This document shows positions 19,025 through 26,149 of a stretch of DNA of 47,797 nt, one piece after another. The DNA comes from a virus. Where the stretch lies: the UHGV virus genome UHGV-0177318. One strand, 5' to 3'. Made by a program: the position numbers and the translations under genes. Positions within the stretch are counted from its first letter, which is position 1. Every line of letters starts with the position of its first letter. The notes under the pieces were generated by a model, which ran no database searches, was not told the DNA's origin, and worked only from the letters and a program-made list of their open reading frames with translations.

Positions 19025-19662
19025 GTGGATTCGAAGTTTATAACAGTGCTGGAAAATTGCTGGTTGATTCACAAAACAGATCAACACTTTTTTATGATCA
19101 GCGTGTGCTCGGCGCAGTGACTGACAAAGGACATTACCGTGTGGATAGTCCGTTCGGAAACGGAAGCACACTGGGCTTTACCCAGCCGCAGTTCTGGAAT
19201 GATGGGAATTTGCGTTGGCTGCAGCTGGATACTAATAAGTATGGCTTACCAGGCGCTGACCTTCTGGAAGACAATGCGGGCAGTATGATACGCACGTCCA
19301 GAAACGTTGGAATGCAAAGCGGATATCTGGATGTTTTCGACAGCGCGGGGAATCTTATCTGGAGCGCCGCCTCGGCATCGAAAATGCCGCGCGTGGTGGG
19401 CTTTTTCGACGTGCCGGCCAATTACGATCTACAGAACAATACCTTTGCGGTAAACCTGAGTTTTAACCCGTGGATTCTGGTTAACAACTGCCCTGGTAAC
19501 CTCAGTGACGACGGTACGGTTGTTGGTTATTCAGGAATCGTTCTCAAATGGACAGGCTCACAGCTGCAGGGGAGGTACATCACAAAAAATCAGCGCAACT
19601 GGAGCCAGACACTTCAGGGGCGAGGGCTACGAATTCCCATCGCTCAGTTTGTCGGAATTTGA
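19021..19662 (+). CDS. Hypothetical protein (tail-module associated)
   Basis: 213 aa, ATGA overlap with the previous ORF. The motif GFEVYNSAGKLLVD recurs internally as GYLDVFDSAGNLIW. Confidence 0.6.
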   Translation: MSGFEVYNSAGKLLVDSQNRSTLFYDQRVLGAVTDKGHYRVDSPFGNGSTLGFTQPQFWNDGNLRWLQLDTNKYGLPGADLLEDNAGSMIRTSRNVGMQSGYLDVFDSAGNLIWSAASASKMPRVVGFFDVPANYDLQNNTFAVNLSFNPWILVNNCPGNLSDDGTVVGYSGIVLKWTGSQLQGRYITKNQRNWSQTLQGRGLRIPIAQFVGI

Positions 19663-19989
19663 TACGGGCGGGACGCGGGGGTATTGAGTAGCGATCATGT
19701 TTTGCTTAACACCTTTTGCAGGTTCGAAGCGGTATACGACATCAAGCTTATCCGTTTTCTTATAACAGATGTTGCTGAGCCGCTTATTTATATGTCGGCT
19801 GAAAATGCCATTGCTGCTGTCTGAAATTACGTTAACTTCCCTCGTGGCACAGTCGATATTTACGTGAATATCTCCCCCCAGAGATAAGCGCGCCGCATCC
19901 ACCGGGTAATCCATTCTGAAGGCATAGTCTCTGTCTTTGTCGGCACAGCCAGCCGCCAGCAAAAGTGCCACGGCAAATAATCGTTTCAT
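19627..19989 (-). CDS. Lipoprotein of unknown function (reverse-oriented moron in tail module)
   Basis: MKRLFAVALLLAAG|C is a signal peptide plus lipobox. It is the opposite strand to the whole late operon. An AT-rich divergent intergenic region lies upstream (19990..20115). Confidence 0.7.
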   Translation of the reverse strand: MKRLFAVALLLAAGCADKDRDYAFRMDYPVDAARLSLGGDIHVNIDCATREVNVISDSSNGIFSRHINKRLSNICYKKTDKLDVVYRFEPAKGVKQNMIATQYPRVPPVSNSDKLSDGNS

Positions 19990-20115
19990 TTCTACATTCC
20001 TGTATCTGCGGGAATATCCATTTTATTTGAGTTTAAAAAATAGTCAGATTGATATGAGCGATCATTTTTACATTATTGATCGCTTTAAACGATCGTTATT
20101 ATCGTGAGGTAGTTC

Positions 20116-21435
20116 ATGCTTTATAACACTGGAACCATTGCTGTCAACGGAAATACCGCCACAGGGACGGGTACTAACTGGACGGCACCTGCCAGCCAGG
20201 TCCGCGCTGGCCAGACGATTATCGTCATGTCGAGCCCGGTTCAAATTTTCCAGATCTCAAGCGTGGACAGTTCCACCTCGATGACGGTTACACCTGCCGC
20301 CGCTCCGGCACTTAGCGGTCAGAAGTATGGAATCCTGGTGTCCGACAATATCTCTGTCGACGGACTGGCACAGGCCATGTCGCAGCTCATCAAAGAGTAT
20401 GACGAGAATATTGGCGCGTGGGAGACGTTCGCCACAACCTTAGCCAATCAGAGCATTACCGTAACCATTAACGGCACCCCTGTAACGATCCCCGGCATCG
20501 GCAAACTGGCGCAAAAAGGGAGTAACGGTGCGCTGGCTGTTGCTGACGGCGGCACTGGGGCCACGAAGGCAGAGGACGCTCGCACAAACATCGGTTTGGG
20601 AGACAGCGCCACCAAGAGTGTTGGGACGGTAACTGGTACCGTAGCTGCCGGCGATGATTCTCGCATCACTGGTGCCCTTCAAAAAACTGGCGGGAAACTT
20701 ACAGGACAACTGGATTTGGTAAGTGCACCGCTTGTGGCAGACGGTAACTCGGTTATTGTTGCAAATGGTGGTCTTGATGTTGATTTAGCAAAAGGACTAG
20801 CGTTAAGAGGAAGAGTGCAGCAGGGGGCGGGCAAAAACAATAATATACTTGTGGTATCTGGAGATGGTGATACAGGCGCGACGGGATATGTAGGTGCATT
20901 CCAGTATAACTGGTATACCGATGGCTGGATTACAGGGATTACCCGTGGTTCAGGAACTAACACGCTGACGTATTCGATTTACTATAACGGTGCATCTTAT
21001 GGTACAGGGGATAAACGATGGAGCTTCAATTATGATGGTTCCGCCACTTCTCAGGGGGCCTGGGTTAATGGTTCTGACGAGCGTCACAAGTCCAATATAA
21101 AGCCGGTGTCGACCCCACTAGCCGCCGTACTATCCATGCGTGGTGTCACGTATGACGTTCAGGATGGTGGTCGGGGTGTAGGACTTATTGCCCAGGATGT
21201 TGAAAATTGGTGTCCGGATGCCGTTAAGACATATGGAGATCGTGAATTCAGTGATGGCACTGTGATTGAGAATTTCAAATTTCTCGACACATCAGGCGTG
21301 TCTGCCGCATACCACACCGAAGCAATCAAAGAACTTTTTACCCTGGTGGAACTGGTACTTATCGATCCGGAAAAAGCACGTGATGTAATCAACGTGGTTA
21401 AAGAAGCCACTAAGCCTAGCCAGTCAGGTTTGTAA
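20116..21435 (+). CDS. Tail fibre protein with C-terminal intramolecular chaperone (peptidase S74) domain
   Basis: 439 aa. The N-terminus MLYNTGTIAVNGNTATGTGTNWTA is a fibre-type start. The C-terminal SDERHKSNIKP...LSMRGVTYD...GLIAQDVE...DTSGVSAAYHTEAIKEL is the S74 autoproteolytic chaperone signature. Confidence 0.85.
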   Translation: MLYNTGTIAVNGNTATGTGTNWTAPASQVRAGQTIIVMSSPVQIFQISSVDSSTSMTVTPAAAPALSGQKYGILVSDNISVDGLAQAMSQLIKEYDENIGAWETFATTLANQSITVTINGTPVTIPGIGKLAQKGSNGALAVADGGTGATKAEDARTNIGLGDSATKSVGTVTGTVAAGDDSRITGALQKTGGKLTGQLDLVSAPLVADGNSVIVANGGLDVDLAKGLALRGRVQQGAGKNNNILVVSGDGDTGATGYVGAFQYNWYTDGWITGITRGSGTNTLTYSIYYNGASYGTGDKRWSFNYDGSATSQGAWVNGSDERHKSNIKPVSTPLAAVLSMRGVTYDVQDGGRGVGLIAQDVENWCPDAVKTYGDREFSDGTVIENFKFLDTSGVSAAYHTEAIKELFTLVELVLIDPEKARDVINVVKEATKPSQSGL

Positions 21436-21637
21436 ACAATACTCAGGCATCTAACAAGTAAAACGCCGCCCATCGCATGCAAGAATTTGCGGCGGCTAAA
21501 ATCTGCTCATTAAGAGTTACTGCCATAAAATTTACAAAACTCATAATTCGAAACGACATAGAAACTTAGAAACGAAACGGCGAAGCTTTAAGCATTCATC
21601 ACAGACCCTCTGTCTTGCGTGCATACTCAAATGAAAC

Positions 21638-21657
21638 TACTGTATATAAAAACAGTG
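21638..21657 (+). promoter_or_regulatory. LexA (SOS) box upstream of umuDC
   Basis: TACTGTATATAAAAACAGTG. It has the CTGT-N8-ACAG core and differs by about one base from the E. coli umuDC box as I recall it. It lies 16 nt upstream of the umuD ATG. Confidence 0.85.
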
Positions 21658-21672
21658 TTTGAGGTATGCAAC

Positions 21673-22092
21673 ATGGAATTTATCAGGCCTGCAGAACTGC
21701 GAGAAATTATAGCTCTCCCGCTTTTCAGTGACTTAGTGCAGTGTGGTTTCCCAAGCCCAGCGGCTGATTACGTTGAACAGCGCATCGATCTCAATGAGTT
21801 ACTTGTTGCTCACCCGAGCTCAACGTATTTCGTCAAAGCCGCGGGCGATTCTATGATCGAAGCCGGGATCAGCGACGGTGATCTGCTGGTAGTGGACAGC
21901 TCCAGGACTGCTGAGCATGGTGACATTGTCATCGCTGCGGTGGAAGGGGAGTTCACTGTTAAACGCCTGCAGCTGCGCCCGAACGTGCAACTAAACCCTA
22001 TGAACAGCGCCTACAGTCCGATAGTTATTGGCTGCGAAGATACGCTGGACGTTTTCGGCGTCGTGACTTTCATCGTTAAATCGGCGAGCTGA
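21673..22092 (+). CDS. umuD: UmuD, translesion polymerase V accessory subunit (S24 self-cleaving)
   Basis: 139 aa from [44 protein letters not shown]...GDSM...VKRL, nearly colinear with E. coli UmuD (139 aa). Confidence 0.95.
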   Translation: MEFIRPAELREIIALPLFSDLVQCGFPSPAADYVEQRIDLNELLVAHPSSTYFVKAAGDSMIEAGISDGDLLVVDSSRTAEHGDIVIAAVEGEFTVKRLQLRPNVQLNPMNSAYSPIVIGCEDTLDVFGVVTFIVKSAS

Positions 22093-22094
22093 AC

Positions 22095-23363
22095 ATGTTC
22101 GCGCTCTGTGATGTGAATTCGTTCTACGCATCATGCGAGACGGTGTTTCGGCCTGATTTGAGGGGGCGCCCGGTTGTCGTTCTCTCGAATAATGATGGCT
22201 GCGTAATTGCGCGCAGCGCCGAGGCCAAAGCCGCCGGAATTACCATGGGTGAGCCTTTCTTCAAGCAAAAGGAGCTTTTCCGGCGCGCTGGCGTTGTTTG
22301 CTTCAGCAGCAATTACGAGCTGTACGCTGATATGTCGAACCGGGTAATGACGACGCTGGAAGAAATGAGCCCTCGCGTCGAAATATATAGCATCGATGAA
22401 GCTTTTTGCGACCTTACTGGTGTTCGAAACTGCCGGGACCTGACAGAGTTTGGCAAAGAGATCCGCGCGACGGTTCTGAAGCGTACGCACCTGACTGTCG
22501 GGATTGGCATCGCGAAAAGTAAGACCCTTGCAAAGCTGGCAAATCACGCCGCCAAAAAATGGCAGCGTCAGACGGGCGGAGTTGTTGATTTGTCCAATAT
22601 CGATCGCCAGCGTCGGTTGTTGGCTATTGTGCCTGTGGAGGACGTATGGGGCGTCGGCAGGCGCATCAGTAAGAAGCTGAACGCCATGGGCATCAAAACG
22701 GCTCTGGACCTCTCAGAACAAAGCACATGGATTATCCGTAAACACTTTAACGTGGTACTCGAGCGAACGGTCCGGGAGTTGCGCGGCGAGCCTTGTCTTG
22801 ATCTGGAGGAGTTTGCACCAGCTAAGCAGGAAATCGTCTGCAGTCGGTCATTCGGTGAACGCGTTACCGAATACGAACAGATGCGGCAGGCTATTTGCAG
22901 CTATGCGGCGCGTGGTGCTGAAAAGCTTCGCGGCGAACATCAGTATTGCCGTTTTATCTCTGCGTTCGTGAAGACGTCACCTTTTGCCCTGAACGAGCCG
23001 TATTACGGCAACAGCGCGTCAGTGAAGCTTCTCACCCCCACTCAGGATTCCCGCGACATCATCAACGCCGCGGTAAAGTGCCTGGACAAAATCTGGAAGG
23101 ATGGGCACCGCTATCAAAAGGCTGGAATTATGCTGGGAGATTTTTTCAGTCAAGGGGTGGCACAGCTGAACCTTTTCGATGAGCACGCGCCGCGCGCTGG
23201 AAGCGATAAGTTGATGGATGTGCTCGATCACTTGAACGCGAAAGAAGGGAAAGGAACACTCTTCTTTGCCGGGCAGGGCATTCAACAGCAGTGGCAGATG
23301 AAGCGGCAGTTGCTTTCACCCCGATATACTACTCGCATATCAGATTTATTAATTGTGAAGTAA
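22095..23363 (+). CDS. umuC: UmuC, Y-family DNA polymerase V catalytic subunit
   Basis: 422 aa. [41 protein letters not shown]..., the same length and N-terminus as E. coli UmuC. Confidence 0.95.
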   Translation: MFALCDVNSFYASCETVFRPDLRGRPVVVLSNNDGCVIARSAEAKAAGITMGEPFFKQKELFRRAGVVCFSSNYELYADMSNRVMTTLEEMSPRVEIYSIDEAFCDLTGVRNCRDLTEFGKEIRATVLKRTHLTVGIGIAKSKTLAKLANHAAKKWQRQTGGVVDLSNIDRQRRLLAIVPVEDVWGVGRRISKKLNAMGIKTALDLSEQSTWIIRKHFNVVLERTVRELRGEPCLDLEEFAPAKQEIVCSRSFGERVTEYEQMRQAICSYAARGAEKLRGEHQYCRFISAFVKTSPFALNEPYYGNSASVKLLTPTQDSRDIINAAVKCLDKIWKDGHRYQKAGIMLGDFFSQGVAQLNLFDEHAPRAGSDKLMDVLDHLNAKEGKGTLFFAGQGIQQQWQMKRQLLSPRYTTRISDLLIVK

Positions 23364-23388
23364 AAAGGCTGCTTAACGCAGCCTTTTT
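23362..23388. terminator. Bidirectional intrinsic terminator between umuC and the convergent Zn-ribbon ORF
   Basis: AAAAAGGCTGC-ttaac-GCAGCCTTTTT, with A5/T5 flanks that serve both strands. Confidence 0.8.
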
Positions 23389-23394
23389 AGTTAA

Positions 23395-23544
23395 TTAAGC
23401 AGCTTTTTTCTCGCTGCATTTGCAATGAGGGATAACAAAAACTTTCGCCTTTTTAGGGCGGATGATTTTACCATCCTTCATTACATAGGGCGTGAAGGTT
23501 ACTTCACACGAATTCCCACATTTTGGACAATAGCCAGTTTTCAT
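23395..23544 (-). CDS. Small (49 aa) Zn-ribbon-like protein, probably LexA-regulated; absent from the ORF track
   Basis: MKTGYCPKCGNSCEVTFTPYVMKDGKIIRPKKAKVFVIPHCKCSEKKAA (CxxC...CxC). SD GGAG lies 8 nt upstream of the ATG, a CTGT-N8-ACAG box 26 nt upstream, and a terminator downstream. Confidence 0.55.
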   Translation of the reverse strand: MKTGYCPKCGNSCEVTFTPYVMKDGKIIRPKKAKVFVIPHCKCSEKKAA

Positions 23545-23569
23545 GTGAGATCTCCTATGTAAATGTACA

Positions 23570-23589
23570 GCCTGTAAATCTAAACAGAT
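23570..23589 (-). promoter_or_regulatory. LexA-like box upstream of the 49-aa ORF
   Basis: gcCTGTAAATCTAAACAGat. The core is perfect and the flanks are non-consensus. Confidence 0.55.
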
Positions 23590-23697
23590 TGCACCTTGTT
23601 AGGAGAACCACTATACTTTTAGCCGTCAAGCATTTTGTGTAGCGGTAGATTTCTCCATACACACCGAGTTATGCGTCAACATAGCTCGCCCCCTAAG

Positions 23698-23723
23698 AAG
23701 CCCTGCGTCAACAGGGCTTTTTT
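23698..23723. terminator. Terminator hairpin after the XRE/ImmA operon
   Basis: AAGCCCTG-cgtcaa-CAGGGCTT immediately after the ImmA stop, with a T6 run on the + side. Confidence 0.55.
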
Positions 23724-24205
23724 CAATAAAATTCAAAGCAAAGCTGTGCTGTTTGATAGCCCAATTTATCGAGCATCGTTTCTGCGAAAAGATCCGCCTG
23801 CCATTCAGAATCTTCATTTTGTTCCGGCATGGCATTCGCAAAGTGTAAGGCTGGCTTATGTTGTAGTAGCAAGTGCCCGAGCTCATGGAATATAACAAAT
23901 AACGCTGATCGTTCACCGCCACATGCCATTTCATAGATATGGTTTGGAACCCTGATAGTCAGTTTGTCAGGTTCACAGTGTCCAATCGTTAGACCCAGCG
24001 TTTCCTGAAACCATTCGTCATCATCCATTGGATCGAGGACAATATTCCATTGAGATAATGTTTCCAGCGCTACGTCAAATCTGCGCGGTCTACGCCGGTA
24101 TTTATACTTACTAGTAAATCCGAGTGCAAAGCAAGCATTTACAGCTATCGCTTTAATTTCCATTTCACTCAGAGGACGAACACGTGTACCGCGCATTAAA
24201 TGCAT
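23723..24205 (-). CDS. ImmA/IrrE-family zinc metallopeptidase (COG2856)
   Basis: 160 aa with HEXXH in VIFHELGHLLLQH. It lies immediately downstream of an XRE HTH gene, the canonical ImmR/ImmA-type pairing. Confidence 0.8.
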   Translation of the reverse strand: MHLMRGTRVRPLSEMEIKAIAVNACFALGFTSKYKYRRRPRRFDVALETLSQWNIVLDPMDDDEWFQETLGLTIGHCEPDKLTIRVPNHIYEMACGGERSALFVIFHELGHLLLQHKPALHFANAMPEQNEDSEWQADLFAETMLDKLGYQTAQLCFEFY

Positions 24206-24222
24206 AACAGTTTCCTAAGCAG

Positions 24223-24582
24223 TTATTTTTTGTTGATTTCTGCAAGTAATTCTGCAAATTTTTTTAATTCTTCATGGGTGAATTCCGATTTTGCAAAACC
24301 AGCAACAAGCATTTGTTGTTGCTTTGGTAAACCTTCAATAGGTACCAATTCATTCGCGATAGAAGCTAAAACATCGAGATCATCAATGTAATAACCTTGC
24401 GCTGCAAAAAGTTCATTGATTGCCGTTACCCATTTCTCTGGTATTTTTTTAGTCCCTGTTTCGAGCCCGCTTAGAAAAGCAGGTGTTGTTCCTAAAGCCT
24501 TTGCCATTGTAAGCAAAGTATAACCAGTATCGATCCGAGCTTTCCTTACGGCCTTTCCGAAATCAGTAAGAGCCATAGTCAT
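24223..24582 (-). CDS. XRE-family helix-turn-helix transcriptional regulator
   Basis: 119 aa. The N-terminal FGKAVRKARIDTGYTLLTMAKALGTTPAFLSGLETG is a Cro/CI-type HTH. Confidence 0.8.
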   Translation of the reverse strand: MTMALTDFGKAVRKARIDTGYTLLTMAKALGTTPAFLSGLETGTKKIPEKWVTAINELFAAQGYYIDDLDVLASIANELVPIEGLPKQQQMLVAGFAKSEFTHEELKKFAELLAEINKK

Positions 24583-24681
24583 ATCCTCAGTGCTTTCATT
24601 GTGGCTTACGCCAGATGTTCTAAATATACTCTAACCATAAAAAAAGTAAACTCATCAAGAAAAATAAATTAACCAAAAAGG

Positions 24682-25353
24682 TTAAGTTATTATTTCTATT
24701 AGATTTTTACCTTGATTTCTGGCGTTTCCAACCGCGCGTGTAACAGCGTGCCAGATAAACTTGTCGGCAGGCACTGCGCCGTCGGCTGCTATCTCTTCAG
24801 CTTCTTTCCCGCCTATATCCTGACGTATCCACTCGCGAGCCGCTTCCGGTGACAGAACCAGTGGCCGGCGATCGTGAATATCGACCAGACCTTTATCAGC
24901 TGCAGATGTCACGATGAGAAAACCTTCAGCTTCGTCTCCACGCTCAAATGGTGTGCTGCCGATAGCCGCCATAAATATTGGCTGGCCGTCGGCCCGGTGA
25001 ATGAAGTAGGGCTGTTTCTTGTCTGCTTCCTTCTTCCATTCGAACCAGCCATCCGCAAAGCAGATCGCCCGGCCATGTTGCCAGAGAGGCTTGAACATTC
25101 GGCTGGTGGCCGCCGTCTCGACGCGTGCGTTAATCAGTGGCGGTTTATCCCACCACTCGGGCGCGTAAGACCACAGGACTGGATCAAGATGCAGCTGCTC
25201 GTTGCGTTCGCTCAGGAGCAGCACCTTGGTACCGGGCGAGACGTTGTACCGGCCTATAGGTTCCGGGTCATACGCAATGTCACGATCGGCTTCATCGGCC
25301 AAGTATGCCAGATATTCTTCACGGGTTTGGGCTTGTGCAAAACGTCCACACAC
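24682..25353 (-). CDS. yedK: SOS-response-associated peptidase (SRAP/YedK-like abasic-site processing protein)
   Basis: 223 aa starting MCGRFAQAQTREEYLAYL (catalytic Cys2). It is colinear with E. coli YedK as I recall it (PLINARVETAATSRMFKPLWQHGRAICFADGWFEWKKE...). Confidence 0.9.
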   Translation of the reverse strand: MCGRFAQAQTREEYLAYLADEADRDIAYDPEPIGRYNVSPGTKVLLLSERNEQLHLDPVLWSYAPEWWDKPPLINARVETAATSRMFKPLWQHGRAICFADGWFEWKKEADKKQPYFIHRADGQPIFMAAIGSTPFERGDEAEGFLIVTSAADKGLVDIHDRRPLVLSPEAAREWIRQDIGGKEAEEIAADGAVPADKFIWHAVTRAVGNARNQGKNLIEIIT

Positions 25354-25533
25354 AGGAACCTCCAGTCAGTAAGACTGAAAGTATAGGGCAGGGAGAAAAA
25401 GTAGTGTGCGCTGGTTAAGTCCTACAAACGGATTCGCGCTGATTATGCTAATGAGGATGAAATGCGTAAAGCGATGCGTTGTGAAACTGGAAGGAGCTAC
25501 GCAAAGTTGCGACAATGCCAAAAGAGAAAGCTA

Positions 25534-25555
25534 AACCCGGTAGGGGATCCGGGTT
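25534..25555 (-). terminator. Hairpin downstream of dinI
   Basis: AACCCGG-N8-CCGGGTT, 24 nt after the dinI stop. The U-tract is weak. Confidence 0.4.
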
Positions 25556-25578
25556 CGCTGTGATGACAATATGGAAAT

Positions 25579-25818
25579 TCATTCATTAGTAAGCCACATA
25601 TCAGACTCTTCAAACATATCCTCCAGCATACGGTTCAACTTTTCACGGTCACTTTTGCTGGCATCACTATTCAATCCGTTAGCCTGCATAGGTTTCACCT
25701 TCACTTCAGCATCAGGGAATATGCTATGCACTCGCCTCGTCAGCTCAGCCAAAATAATTTCTCTGGCGCCATCCAAGCCCTGGACATTTCGCTTATCGTA
25801 AACCAACTCAACAAACAT
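25579..25818 (-). CDS. dinI: DinI-family DNA-damage-inducible protein
   Basis: 79 aa. The pattern ..LAELTRRVHSIFPDAEVKVKP...EKLNRMLEDMFEESDMWLTNE parallels E. coli DinI (ELSRRIQYAFPD...ILQETWESADDWFVSE). A LexA box lies upstream. Confidence 0.85.
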   Translation of the reverse strand: MFVELVYDKRNVQGLDGAREIILAELTRRVHSIFPDAEVKVKPMQANGLNSDASKSDREKLNRMLEDMFEESDMWLTNE

Positions 25819-25857
25819 AACAGTCTCCTTAATCTCTGTGAGAGGAAGCTATATTTT

Positions 25858-25877
25858 TACTGTAAATATATACAGTG
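25858..25877 (-). promoter_or_regulatory. LexA (SOS) box upstream of dinI
   Basis: TACTGTAAATATATACAGTG, 40 nt upstream of the dinI start codon. Confidence 0.85.
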
Positions 25878-25940
25878 TCAAGCGAGTGATACGATCTACA
25901 CGATGGGATTTTTCGTCCGGTTGAACAGAAATTACCGGTA

Positions 25941-25972
25941 GTTATTCCCCAGTTATTCCCCAATATTTCCCC
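25941..25972. repeat. Direct repeats next to the att core (candidate arm-type Int-binding sites)
   Basis: GTTATTCCCCA GTTATTCCCCA atATTTCCCC in tandem. A related GTTTTTCCCCA lies on the other side of the core at 26197..26207. Confidence 0.55.
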
Positions 25973-26029
25973 GTAAGAAAACTACCAATAAAAAAACCAG
26001 CCATAAGAGGCTGGTTTTCAATGTATTTT

Positions 26030-26075
26030 TGGTCGGCACGAGAGGATTTGAACCTCCGACCCCCGACACCCCATG
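26030..26075 (-). other. attP core: 46-nt 3' portion of tRNA-Pro(GGG) (proL-type), not a complete tRNA
   Basis: The reverse complement, CATGGGGTGTCGGGGGTCGGAGGTTCAAATCCTCTCGTGCCGACCA, matches the anticodon loop to CCA end of E. coli proL as I recall it. The sequence 5' of it diverges (no D-arm or acceptor 5' half). A tRNA-downstream terminator hairpin lies at about 25994..26016, and int is adjacent. Confidence 0.85.
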
Positions 26076-26129
26076 TCACTGCGTTAAAGCCGCTGCAACC
26101 CTTGTAAATACTGGTGCTACGGCATGTTT

Positions 26130-26149
26130 GACTGTATATGCAAACAGTG
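26130..26149. promoter_or_regulatory. LexA-like box in the attP arm between the core and int
   Basis: gACTGTATATGCAAACAGTg, with a perfect CTGT-N8-ACAG core. A TTGACT hexamer overlaps its left edge. Confidence 0.5.

Noticed and set aside
24874-25386. A 170-aa + strand ORF antisense to the yedK-like gene, and the ORFs 23626..23934(-) and 23635..23895(+) near the ImmA 3' end.
   Set aside because: They overlap genes with clear family signatures (MCGRF SRAP; HEXXH ImmA) or span terminator hairpins, and have no independent signals.
25354-25420. A possible LexA box upstream of the yedK-like gene (CTGaaagtatagggCAG).
   Set aside because: The spacing is CTG-N11-CAG rather than N10, and the T/A of the CTGT/ACAG core are missing. 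It is not comparable to the five good boxes.
25445-25534. A 29-aa Cys-rich + strand ORF (MLMRMKCVKRCVVKLEGATQSCDNAKRES) in the yedK-dinI gap, considered as a small toxin or leader peptide.
   Set aside because: It has no SD, ends inside the dinI terminator hairpin and has no supporting signal. It cannot be distinguished from chance.
26030-26110. A complete tRNA gene next to int.
   Set aside because: Only the 3' 46 nt (anticodon loop, variable region, T-arm, acceptor 3' strand, CCA) match tRNA-Pro. The sequence where the D-arm and 5' acceptor should be does not pair with the 3' end. It is an att core, not a gene.
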